Of a DNA stretch of 64,000 nucleotides, positions 8,173-17,535 are shown piece by piece (position 1 is the first letter of the stretch; every line of letters begins with the position of its first letter). Under the pieces are notes generated by a model. That model worked only from the letters and a program-made list of their open reading frames with translations. It was not told the origin of the DNA and did no database searches. The translations under genes were made by a program, and so were the position numbers. This stretch comes from an uncultured virus (IMG/VR IMGVR_UViG_3300045234_000013) (taxonomy: Duplodnaviria; Heunggongvirae; Uroviricota; Caudoviricetes), in the IMG/VR virus record IMGVR_UViG_3300045234_000013, one strand, 5' to 3'.

Positions 8173-8811
8173 ATGAAAAATAAGGAAATTATTTCTTGGA
8201 ATCTTCAGCTCTTCGCAGAGGATGAACTGGCGGCCGAAGAAACAACTCTGGAGGACGAAACAAATGAAGAAATGAAGGAAAAAACTTTTACGCGTTCAGA
8301 TATCGCTAAAATGATAGCAGCAGAAAAAAATAAATGGGAAAAAGAATCAAAGACTGAAATCGAGCAACGTATCGAAGAAGAAAAAAATGAAGCTGCCCGA
8401 CTTGCAAAACTTTCTGAAGAGGAACGCCAAAAAGCTATCATTCAAAAAGAAAAAGATGAGTTTGAAAAAGAAAAAGCGGTTTTCCGTCAAGAACAATTGT
8501 TAGTAGAAAAGGGTAAACAGCTTCAAGAAATTGGAATTCCAAGTATTCTAGCTTCCCGTATACTAGGGAACACTGCAGAAGAAGCTATTGAGGATGTGAA
8601 GTCATTCAAATCCGAATGGGACAAAGCTTTGAAAGTAGCCGTTGACCAAGCACTATTGGACTCTGTAGACAATCCGCTGGGAGCTGGTTCGAACAAGACA
8701 GAAGCGAATCCTTTTGCTAAGGACACTTTAAACTTAACTGAGCAAGGGCGCTTATTTAAAGAAGATCCGGAACGTGCGAAAGCATTGCAATCACTAGCAA
8801 ACAAAAAATAG
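8173..8811 (+). CDS. Capsid scaffold protein (DUF4355)
   Basis: N-terminal NLQLFA, KTFTRSDI, coiled coil; precedes the capsid gene. Confidence 0.85.
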   Translation: MKNKEIISWNLQLFAEDELAAEETTLEDETNEEMKEKTFTRSDIAKMIAAEKNKWEKESKTEIEQRIEEEKNEAARLAKLSEEERQKAIIQKEKDEFEKEKAVFRQEQLLVEKGKQLQEIGIPSILASRILGNTAEEAIEDVKSFKSEWDKALKVAVDQALLDSVDNPLGAGSNKTEANPFAKDTLNLTEQGRLFKEDPERAKALQSLANKK

Positions 8812-8826
8812 AAATGAGGAATTAAA

Positions 8827-9867
8827 ATGGAAAAATCATTACTAAAAATAGATCTTCAATTATTTGCCGCAAAGACAAAAATTGAAGATGTCATCGTACC
8901 TGAAGTTTTTAACAAATACGTCATTGAACGTACAGCAGAATTATCTGCTTTATATCAATCTGGAATCGTTACTAAAAATCCTGAGCTCGACGCACTTGCA
9001 ACAGCTGGAGGTAAATTGATCAATATGCCATTTTGGCAAGATTTGTCTGGGGATGATGAAGTTTTATCTGACACTGATCCGCTAGATACTGATAAAATCG
9101 TTGCCAGCCAAGACGTTGCGGTTCTCTTAATGCGTGGTAAGGCTTGGAAGGCCAACGATTTGGCAAAAGCACTTTCTGGTGACGATCCAATGCGGGCTAT
9201 TGGAGATTTGGTGGCTGCTTATTGGGCCCGCCGTCAGCAAGTAACGTTACTTTCTATTTTAAAAGGAATCTATGCCGCTTCTGGAACTAAAATGACTGGT
9301 AATTCATTAGATATTTCCGCGTTAACAGGGAATGCGGCTGCGTTTACTGGGGAAACATTCTTAGATGCTTCTTACAAACTAGGAGACGCAGAAGAAAAGC
9401 TAACAGCTATTGGGGTCCATTCTTCCGTTTATGCGAATCTTCGGAAACAGAACTTAATTGAATTTTCGTTGGATTCTGAGAATAAACCTATTCCAACTTA
9501 CATGGGTAAACGAGTAATCGTAGATGATGGCATGCCTGTGGACGGAGATGTATTTACGTCTTATATCTTTGGACAAGGTGCCATTGGTTTAGGAAATGGC
9601 GCTGCACCAGTTCCAACTGAAACTGATCGTGTCGCATTGGCAGGAGATGATATTCTAATCAACCGTCAACATTTTATTCTTCACCCTCGTGGAGTGAAAT
9701 TTAAAAATAGTTCTGTTGCAGGATCTTCACCAACAAATGCTGAATTAGGAACAGGAGCAAACTGGGAACGTGTTTATGAACCTAAAAATGTTCGAATTGT
9801 CCAATTTAAACATAAACTTTATGTTCCTAATGTTACCGTACCTGGTGGAGGCGGAAGCGGCGAATAA
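8827..9867 (+). CDS. Major capsid protein
   Basis: TKIEDVIVPEVF, NMPFWQDL, HPRGVKF; size and position. Confidence 0.9.
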   Translation: MEKSLLKIDLQLFAAKTKIEDVIVPEVFNKYVIERTAELSALYQSGIVTKNPELDALATAGGKLINMPFWQDLSGDDEVLSDTDPLDTDKIVASQDVAVLLMRGKAWKANDLAKALSGDDPMRAIGDLVAAYWARRQQVTLLSILKGIYAASGTKMTGNSLDISALTGNAAAFTGETFLDASYKLGDAEEKLTAIGVHSSVYANLRKQNLIEFSLDSENKPIPTYMGKRVIVDDGMPVDGDVFTSYIFGQGAIGLGNGAAPVPTETDRVALAGDDILINRQHFILHPRGVKFKNSSVAGSSPTNAELGTGANWERVYEPKNVRIVQFKHKLYVPNVTVPGGGGSGE

Positions 9868-9870
9868 GAG

Positions 9871-10227
9871 GTGAATAAAATGAATGAGGAGTTGCTGAAA
9901 CAACACACAGATGTATTGATGAATCGCCTTGATGGTGTTCAAGAACAGGAGAGAACTAAAATCAAAGCATTGCTAGAGGATGCGATTATCCTCATTCTTG
10001 ATTACACTGGTCGCACTACTGAACAGATGAATGACCAGCTTTATTACTATGCCCGCCAGCTGGTCGTGATTACTTGGAATCAAGAGGGAAATGAGGGAGA
10101 TACTGCTCGTTCTGAAGGTGGTATCTCTCACACGTTCATTACTGATATTCCTGATAAATTGAAATCCGGGCTGAACAATCACCGATTGGGAAAGGTCGTG
10201 AGTTTCTATGCGCCTAAGGAAACGTGA
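9871..10227 (+). CDS. Head-tail connector (gp15-like)
   Basis: ILDYTGR...SEGGISHTF motif. Confidence 0.85.
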   Translation: MNKMNEELLKQHTDVLMNRLDGVQEQERTKIKALLEDAIILILDYTGRTTEQMNDQLYYYARQLVVITWNQEGNEGDTARSEGGISHTFITDIPDKLKSGLNNHRLGKVVSFYAPKET

Positions 10228-10561
10228 TCTTACAACTGTTTTCCATAAGGAACGTCTGACTGGTCAGGATGATGAAGGGAACTCTCAAACAGGGTTTTCC
10301 GACGATTCCACCGAACTAGAGATGAATGTTCAATCTGCGGGCGGACAAGTCATGGCTTCTGTATATGGTCAAAGCCTTCCTTACATCAAGTCCTGTAAAT
10401 ATCAGGGCGACAAAATCAAAGAAGGGAAAAATGAAAAAGATGGCATATGTCTTTATGTGAGTAAAGATAAAGCACCAGACTATGAAATTGTAGCCATTCA
10501 AACATTTTCCACTCATTGCAATGTGACCTTGAAGAAACTAGGTGATGAAGATGGGCGTTGA
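10208..10561 (+). CDS. Head closure / stopper protein
   Basis: Synteny and size. Confidence 0.7.
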   Translation: MRLRKRDLTTVFHKERLTGQDDEGNSQTGFSDDSTELEMNVQSAGGQVMASVYGQSLPYIKSCKYQGDKIKEGKNEKDGICLYVSKDKAPDYEIVAIQTFSTHCNVTLKKLGDEDGR

Positions 10562-11090
10562 GTTCAGAGGTGCTGACCGTTTGATGTCGAAAATACGAGC
10601 GATTCCAAAAGTGATGGAAGATGCTGTTTTCGAAGCAACATTTGACATTGTAGATGAAACTGTAGCGAGAGCATCAAGTCGTCTGCAATCGTCAATTAAG
10701 TATGGATCAGGCGAATTAAGCGGCTCTCCAAAACAAGAAGTCGTAATTGATGGTAAAGGCAAAGTAATCGGTCGTGTGTGGTCAGACAAGATTGAAGCGT
10801 TGTTTCGTGAATTTGGTACTGGACCTGTTGGGGCCGAATCTCCAAAAGATTTGCCACCAGGAGTCAATCCAGTCTATACAACTGAACGGTGGTTTATCCC
10901 TGTCCATAAAACACCAGTTGATCTTGAGACAGTGTACGGCATTCCAAGAGTAACTATCAAAGGTCAAGACTTCTTTATGACTCGTGGGCAGCCGGCTAGG
11001 CCTTGGCTATATCCGTCAATGAAAGAAGTAGTTGAAATGGCTGCTGACATTTATAAAGATCGTGTGCAGGAAGGACTGAGAAAACTATGA
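10551..11090 (+). CDS. HK97 gp10-like neck protein
   Basis: EFGTG...GQPARPWLYPS motif. Confidence 0.85.
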   Translation: MGVEFRGADRLMSKIRAIPKVMEDAVFEATFDIVDETVARASSRLQSSIKYGSGELSGSPKQEVVIDGKGKVIGRVWSDKIEALFREFGTGPVGAESPKDLPPGVNPVYTTERWFIPVHKTPVDLETVYGIPRVTIKGQDFFMTRGQPARPWLYPSMKEVVEMAADIYKDRVQEGLRKL

Positions 11091-11452
11091 CAGAGCGTTA
11101 TAACATAAAGTCTGATATTGTTACTCAGTTGAAAAAGGTTACTGAGCTAAAGCTCGTATCTGCTGAATATCCCAATACATGGTCGCAAATGCCTGCAGCA
11201 ATTTATTCGACAAAAGCAAAACCACACAAGAAAGATATTTCCGACAACGAAGCATTAACTGAATGGACAGTAAAAGTTGATTTATATGGAAACAAATCAT
11301 TATCAGAAATACAGAGTGAAATAATCAAAGTTTTGAAAGAAATAGGATTTAAAAATATAGCCAGTGATGATGGCAATCAAGATGCATTGAAGCGTTCGAT
11401 TCTAACATTCCGAGGAGTGGTAGATAACCGAACGCTTTTTGTATACCAATAA
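11087..11452 (+). CDS. Tail terminator / completion protein
   Basis: Synteny before the major tail protein. Confidence 0.7.
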   Translation: MTERYNIKSDIVTQLKKVTELKLVSAEYPNTWSQMPAAIYSTKAKPHKKDISDNEALTEWTVKVDLYGNKSLSEIQSEIIKVLKEIGFKNIASDDGNQDALKRSILTFRGVVDNRTLFVYQ

Positions 11453-11467
11453 TTAGGAGGAAATACC

Positions 11468-11908
11468 ATGAAGAAAACAATTTTACCGTTAAACTTACAA
11501 TTATTTGCCGGGTTGTTGACTAAGGATACAAAGCTTTCAATGAAGCAAGGAACAGGTGAAAGCGCAACTTTCAAAGAAATCGAAGGTTTGCAGGCAGTGC
11601 CTGAAATTGGAGGGGATCCAGAACAAGTCGATGTTACGACATTAAAAGATGCTAATAAGAAGTATATTTCGGGGATTCAAGATATGGATTCGCTAGAGTT
11701 CACTTTCTTATATGACAAAACCGTATTCTCTGGATTGAAAGCTGTTCAAACCTCTGGAAAAGAAGCGCAATTTGAATTGGAGTACCCAGACGGAGCGGTC
11801 TGCACATTTACTGGCGGCGTGACTGTGAAAATGGGATCAGGTGAAGTAAACGGAGCCTATCAATTTACCCTGTCTGTTACAGTTTCAGATGGTCCGGACT
11901 GGGCGTAA
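11468..11908 (+). CDS. Major tail tube protein
   Basis: VPEIGGDPEQVDVTTL...YISGIQD motif; N-terminal NLQLFA. Confidence 0.9.
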   Translation: MKKTILPLNLQLFAGLLTKDTKLSMKQGTGESATFKEIEGLQAVPEIGGDPEQVDVTTLKDANKKYISGIQDMDSLEFTFLYDKTVFSGLKAVQTSGKEAQFELEYPDGAVCTFTGGVTVKMGSGEVNGAYQFTLSVTVSDGPDWA

Positions 11909-11980
11909 ACGTTTAACGAAAACTATACGGGCTAGGGATAATTCTCTGGCCTTATTTAATTCTTAGGAGGAAAAAACAAT

Positions 11981-12352
11981 ATGAAACCAATGAAAGTGGA
12001 TTTTGGAGCAAAAACGTTATCTCTTGTACTAGATGGAAGTGCGACTGTAGACATTGAGAAGAAATTAGGAAAATCGTTGTTCGGAATTATGATGACTGGT
12101 AACGGTGGAATGAAAATGCCTCGCTTAGGAGAAATGCTAACCATTTTGCATTCAGCGAACCAAACAGCAAACATTAAGTCTGCGGATATGACGAAACTAT
12201 ATGATGAATATATTTCTAAGGGCGGATCGATGATGAAGCTATTCGAAGTCATCCAAGAATTGATGGAGAAGGCAGGTTTTTTCGAGTCGGAAACGACGGA
12301 CGAAGAAGACCTAGTTGGGGAAGAGAAAAACGAGGAAGAGAGTCTAGTATAG
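11981..12352 (+). CDS. Tail assembly chaperone (G)
   Basis: Between tail tube and tape measure; acidic tail. Confidence 0.8.
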   Translation: MKPMKVDFGAKTLSLVLDGSATVDIEKKLGKSLFGIMMTGNGGMKMPRLGEMLTILHSANQTANIKSADMTKLYDEYISKGGSMMKLFEVIQELMEKAGFFESETTDEEDLVGEEKNEEESLV

Positions 12353-12750
12353 GTTTCTCTTCCTTTTCTGATTTGCTCCAAGAGATGTATCCCAAAGCAG
12401 TAGAAGCTGGAATACCTGCGGAAAAATACTGGTCAATGACCTATGAAGAAATTGTTCTACAAGCTGAAGCAAACGTTGCGATTAGAAAGCAGCAGCTAGA
12501 AGAAAAAGCCATGATGGATTATAAAGCAGCACAATTGAATGCATATGGTTTTAATGATCCGAAGAAAATGCCTAAACCAGATCAACACTATCCATTCTTG
12601 AAAAAGGAAGATAAGCAAGAACCGACGAATCAACCACAAGCATGGGAGATCAATAAAGCGCGTATGCTCGAACGGACGGAACTAATCAAGGCTACCCGAC
12701 AACGCAAAAATAAACAGGAAAAGGAGGGGATAGATCATGGAACTGGATAG
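12325..12750 (+). CDS. Tail chaperone frameshift extension (GT), -1 frame
   Basis: The -1 frame is open across the G stop; GIPAEKYWSMTYEEI is typical; candidate slip site G AAA AAC (12325-12331). Confidence 0.65.
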   Translation, partial: EKRGRESSIGFSSFSDLLQEMYPKAVEAGIPAEKYWSMTYEEIVLQAEANVAIRKQQLEEKAMMDYKAAQLNAYGFNDPKKMPKPDQHYPFLKKEDKQEPTNQPQAWEINKARMLERTELIKATRQRKNKQEKEGIDHGTG

Positions 12751-15700
12751 ACTTGAAGTCGTCTTCGATGGCGACCTGAGTCCTATTGAGGAAAAGGTCG
12801 CTCGATTTGAACAAAAGATGGACTCAATGATGAGTCGAGTCAAAGGTTCATCTAGTCAAGGAATGGATGCGGTAGAAAAAAACTTATCGGATTCTAAAGG
12901 GTTCGATAAGTTTACCAAGCAAATTGAGAAAATGAATTCAAATTTTGATTCTATGTTGAAGCGGATGAATCAGTCTGCGTCAAGCAATGGTGAAGAAGTT
13001 GGAAAATCACTTTCTGCAGGTGTCTCTAAAGGCGCTGTCAAAATGACGAAAGATGTCCAAACGGCAGTTGATAAAGTGAACACGCAAATGCAGCAAGCGA
13101 AAGCAGCACAACAACGAATTTCTAATTTGCAGGCTAATAAAAACGGTGCTCGATTATCTGGTGATACGAAAAGTGAGTCTAGAATAGGCGAACAAATTTC
13201 CAAAGCACAAATTCAGATGAACAAGTCACAACAACAGGCGCAATCAATTGTGAGAGGCTTAAAATCCGAGTATGACGCTATCCCCAACTCCTTATCAAGC
13301 ATTTCGTCGAAGATGGAAGGCAACGAACGTCAAATCGAGTCTATGAGAGCCAAAGTCAAGTCGCTGAAAAATGAAATGAAGATGCAACAAACAGAAACAG
13401 GAAGCTTTGCATCCGGCAAGTGGAAAGCAACAGGCATTCAAGATACGCCACAATCAACAAAAACTGCTGAAGCGATAACCAAACAATCAGCGAAAATGGA
13501 GAAGTTGATTGCAGACAATGATGCTTTACAACGTTCATATGCTCAGTTGGAAGATCGATCGGGCATTTTAAAGACAGCCTTGTCTGGTGTAAACACGGAA
13601 CTTAGTGAACAGCCTGTTAAGGCACGTATGGCGGCCAATGGGATGAGAAACCTTTCAGGATCAACGAGACAATCTGGAGGGCTATTCTCTAGGTTCAAAA
13701 ATCTTGTAAGTAATTCTTTCAGTGGTTTTGGCAATCTTTTTGATCGACAATCAAAGCAAGTCACTAACGGAACATCTAGAATGTCTCAGGGTATGAGCGG
13801 TTTTGGCCGATCCATGAAAATGCTATGGTCACAGTTGTTCTTGTTCACTTTCTTGTATCAAGGAGTTATGACACTAGCAGGAGGGCTTTTTAAAGCGTTA
13901 CAAACGAACGCACAGTTTTCAGCTAGTTTAAATCAAATAAAAGTCAATTTACTAACGGCGTTTTATCCAATCTACCAAGCAGCGTTACCAGCGATAAATG
14001 CATTAATGTCAGCATTAGCTAAAGTTACGGGCTACATTGCTGGATTTATATCCACGCTTTTCGGAATGAACATCGGCGATGCATTTAATGGAGCGCAAGG
14101 ATTAATGAACAACGTGCAAGCCCTAGATGATACGGGTAATGCTGCATCTGATGCATCAGACGGATACGATGAGATGGCACAATCCATACGTGATTCTAAT
14201 AAGCAACTAAAAGCACAACATGACCAAACTGAAGCGGCAAGAAAAAAAGTCAAAGAATATAAACGATTACTAGCAGGGTTTGACGAATTAAATATTTTAG
14301 ATTTTAGCAATGACTCTGATGAAGATTTCTCGGACCCTTTTGTACCGCAAGAAATTCCTTCGAAACCTAAGAATCCTAATGCTGGAGGGAGTAAAGCGCC
14401 TTGGGCTGATTTTGGTTCAGCAACAGTTCCAGAAACGCCCAAATGGTTAACGGACTTTGCCAAAAAATTTAAAGATATTATGTCTCAACTTTTTGACCCT
14501 ATAAAAAAAGCCTGGGATGCACAAGGTCAAAAAGTCATTGACGCATGGAAATACGCTCTTAGAGAAGTTGTCGGATTGATTCAAGCGATAGGTAAATCGT
14601 TCATGGAAGTTTGGACCAATGGAACCGGGCAAAGGTTTGTTGAGAATCTTCTAATCCTCTTGGCAGATGTACTAAGTATTATTGGGGATATTGCAGGTGC
14701 CTTTAAGAGAGCTTGGGAAGACAATGGTCGAGGAACAGCATTAATCCAATCGATTTTCGATATGTTCAACTCTATATTAGAGTTGCTCCATCAAATTGCA
14801 GTATCATTTAGAAACGCTTGGAATGACGGAGTGGGCGAACGTATAGCAGCAAATATTCTTGAAATATTTACAAACATCAACAATACTATTAGCAATTTGG
14901 CCGATCGTCTTTCAATTGCGTGGCAAACTGGAAACATCGGTGAATCGATATTTAGACGTATTTTAGGTATTATTGAAGGTTTACTAGTAAATATTAATAA
15001 TATTACGAAAGCAACAGCTGAATGGGCTAAAAAGCTCGATTTCACCCCTTTGTTACAGTCAATAGATGGATTGTTGAAATCAATACAGCCGTTAACCAAG
15101 AATATCGGTGCTGGTCTGGAATGGTTTTATAAAAATGTTCTATTGCCATTAGCAGGCTTTACAATAGAAAAGCTGATTCCAGCATTCTTTGATGCGTTGG
15201 CGGGAGCGATTGATCTCGTAAATGGCATTATAAATGGTTGTAAACCGGCTTTTGATTTCTTGTGGAACTCTATATTAAAACCACTAGCTGAATGGACCGG
15301 AGGTGTCATAGTAGATGTCTTGAAAAAGCTAGGGGATACTCTTTCAAACATTGGTAATTGGATATCAGAACACCAAGAAGGTTTTTCAAACTTTGTAATA
15401 GTTATCGGATCATTTGCTACAGCATTAGGACTGGTAAATGCAGCGCTAGCAATTTGGAACACAGTTGCGGTTATTGCCACGGGAGTTACTGGAGCTTTAG
15501 GGGCAGCTATTGCTTTTCTTACTAGTCCAATTGGGATTGTAGTAATAGTCATTGGCACTTTAATTGCGGCTGGAGTACTACTTTATAAGAATTGGGACGT
15601 TATCGAAGAGAAAGCTGGACAATTAAAAGATTGGATCGGCGAAAAATGGGATGCAATAAAAAATGCAACCTCAACGGCTTGGGATAACGTAAAGAATTGG

Positions 15701-17164
15701 ACATCAGAAAAATGGGAAGCTGCAAAGAATGCAGTTACTTCAAAAGCCAATGATATTTATAATGCTGCTAGAGATAAATTTACCAACACAGCTAACACTG
15801 TTCGTGATAAGGCAGGACAGGCAAAAGATTGGGCAGAAGAGAAGTTCAGAAATCTCGCAGATGGAACAAAAAGTAAATTTGATGATATAAGATCTTCAGC
15901 ACAGTCAAAATGGTCTGACATATCAGAAAAAGTTCGATCTGGTGCAGAAACGGCTAGAAGTAAAGCTGAAACGGCATTCTCATCTATGAAAGATAATCTC
16001 GGAAAATCATTGCATGGGGTTAAGGATACCGCCTCTGAAGTATTTGGGAAGATTGGCGGATGGGCAAAAGATTTACCTGGAAATATCGCAAAAGGCTTAT
16101 CTGATGGTCTACAGTCTATTAAACAAGCGATGAATAATATTGCGAATGGATTAGCCTCTGGCATCGGTAAAGGTGTTAACGGCATTATCTCAGGAGTTAA
16201 CTGGGTGATGAGTAGCTTGGGTGCTGGATGGCGACTATCATCTTGGCAAGTTCCATACTTTAGTTATGCAACAGGCACTAATTCACATCCTGGCGGATTA
16301 GCTATGGTAAACGATGGAAGCGGCAGCAATTGGCGTGAAATGTATAAATTGCCGAATGGACAAATGGGTATGTTTCCAAATCAAAAAGACTACATGGTCA
16401 ATCTTCCTAAAGGGACACAAGTATTAAATGGTAGAGATACTAGTAACTTTATGAGTAACATTCCTCATTATAAGGGTGGATTAATTGATAGTGTGAAAGA
16501 TTTCTTCGGGTCAATAAGTCCTAGTTCGTTACTAGACAGCGCATTTGAAAAGTTTGTTGATATTTCAGGTATTCCAGAACCGGGAGCCTCTATGGCGATG
16601 GGTGCTGCTAAAAAAATAAAATCTAGTGCTTATCGCGTAGTTAGTGATCGAATATCTGAATTATTTAGATTAGATCGAGAAAATAGCAGGAAGAAAAAAG
16701 GCTTTGCTAATGGTGGGCGCGTCGATAATTTTGGATGGTACAAAATGGCTGAAGGCGACGATACTGAATGGGTCGTACCCGTTACCAAACCGCAACTCGC
16801 ATTTCAAAGAATTAATGAAGCGCTTGATTTCATGGGGTATGATGGTATCCCAGATTTATCTATGCCAGATGTGTTCAGAGATTCTTCTGAAAACTATTCA
16901 GGTGGAAGCTCAGGTAAGAAAGGAACATCAAGGATGTCTATTTCGGGAAACGGTATGGAAGGACTATCTAATAACTTATTATCCAATTTAGGTGAATCCA
17001 TTGCTAACGCGATCATCAAAGCTTTGGGGAATATAAATTCAACCGGTGGCGACCAACCAATAGAAGTGATTCTTGAAATAGATTCTACTCGTTTTGGGCA
17101 AGTGGCCGTTAAAGGTATCAATCAGTACCATGAACAAATAGGCACTGTAGAGCTAAACTTATAA
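12737..17164 (+). CDS. Tape measure protein
   Basis: 1475 aa, helical with Trp-periodic repeats and hydrophobic segments. Confidence 0.93.
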   Translation: MELDRLEVVFDGDLSPIEEKVARFEQKMDSMMSRVKGSSSQGMDAVEKNLSDSKGFDKFTKQIEKMNSNFDSMLKRMNQSASSNGEEVGKSLSAGVSKGAVKMTKDVQTAVDKVNTQMQQAKAAQQRISNLQANKNGARLSGDTKSESRIGEQISKAQIQMNKSQQQAQSIVRGLKSEYDAIPNSLSSISSKMEGNERQIESMRAKVKSLKNEMKMQQTETGSFASGKWKATGIQDTPQSTKTAEAITKQSAKMEKLIADNDALQRSYAQLEDRSGILKTALSGVNTELSEQPVKARMAANGMRNLSGSTRQSGGLFSRFKNLVSNSFSGFGNLFDRQSKQVTNGTSRMSQGMSGFGRSMKMLWSQLFLFTFLYQGVMTLAGGLFKALQTNAQFSASLNQIKVNLLTAFYPIYQAALPAINALMSALAKVTGYIAGFISTLFGMNIGDAFNGAQGLMNNVQALDDTGNAASDASDGYDEMAQSIRDSNKQLKAQHDQTEAARKKVKEYKRLLAGFDELNILDFSNDSDEDFSDPFVPQEIPSKPKNPNAGGSKAPWADFGSATVPETPKWLTDFAKKFKDIMSQLFDPIKKAWDAQGQKVIDAWKYALREVVGLIQAIGKSFMEVWTNGTGQRFVENLLILLADVLSIIGDIAGAFKRAWEDNGRGTALIQSIFDMFNSILELLHQIAVSFRNAWNDGVGERIAANILEIFTNINNTISNLADRLSIAWQTGNIGESIFRRILGIIEGLLVNINNITKATAEWAKKLDFTPLLQSIDGLLKSIQPLTKNIGAGLEWFYKNVLLPLAGFTIEKLIPAFFDALAGAIDLVNGIINGCKPAFDFLWNSILKPLAEWTGGVIVDVLKKLGDTLSNIGNWISEHQEGFSNFVIVIGSFATALGLVNAALAIWNTVAVIATGVTGALGAAIAFLTSPIGIVVIVIGTLIAAGVLLYKNWDVIEEKAGQLKDWIGEKWDAIKNATSTAWDNVKNWTSEKWEAAKNAVTSKANDIYNAARDKFTNTANTVRDKAGQAKDWAEEKFRNLADGTKSKFDDIRSSAQSKWSDISEKVRSGAETARSKAETAFSSMKDNLGKSLHGVKDTASEVFGKIGGWAKDLPGNIAKGLSDGLQSIKQAMNNIANGLASGIGKGVNGIISGVNWVMSSLGAGWRLSSWQVPYFSYATGTNSHPGGLAMVNDGSGSNWREMYKLPNGQMGMFPNQKDYMVNLPKGTQVLNGRDTSNFMSNIPHYKGGLIDSVKDFFGSISPSSLLDSAFEKFVDISGIPEPGASMAMGAAKKIKSSAYRVVSDRISELFRLDRENSRKKKGFANGGRVDNFGWYKMAEGDDTEWVVPVTKPQLAFQRINEALDFMGYDGIPDLSMPDVFRDSSENYSGGSSGKKGTSRMSISGNGMEGLSNNLLSNLGESIANAIIKALGNINSTGGDQPIEVILEIDSTRFGQVAVKGINQYHEQIGTVELNL

Positions 17165-17175
17165 GGGGGAGAAAT

Positions 17176-17535
17176 ATGGATTTTATAATTTCGGGATCAA
17201 AGGTGGCTACACCAAAAGAACTTAGTGTGAGTATCCAAACCTTAGATAGTGGCTCTAGTGGCCGAAATGCGAATGGAGAGATGGTTAGAGATATTTTAGG
17301 GAGCAAAACTAAATTGGACGTAAAGTGGGGACCTTTGGATACTTCAGAGGTCTCTTTAATTTTACGTTTGTTTGATGCAGCTTTCTTCACAGTTAGGTAT
17401 TTAGATCCCAAGGAAGCAGGGTTAATTACGAAAACATTTTATTGTGGTGATAGAACAGTCCCAGTTTATTCTTGGAACGCAAAATTTTCAAAAATGATGT
17501 GGCAGGGTTTGTCCGTGTCGTTAATAGAAAAGTAG
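17176..17535 (+). CDS. Distal tail (Dit-like) protein
   Basis: SGRNANGEMVRD...YCGDR...SLIE motif; follows the TMP. Confidence 0.8.
   Translation: MDFIISGSKVATPKELSVSIQTLDSGSSGRNANGEMVRDILGSKTKLDVKWGPLDTSEVSLILRLFDAAFFTVRYLDPKEAGLITKTFYCGDRTVPVYSWNAKFSKMMWQGLSVSLIEK

Noticed and set aside
12970..17411. Many minus-strand ORFs within the tape measure and other structural genes (also 54492-60394)
   Set aside because: Antisense shadows of long coding regions, without RBS or protein-like features.
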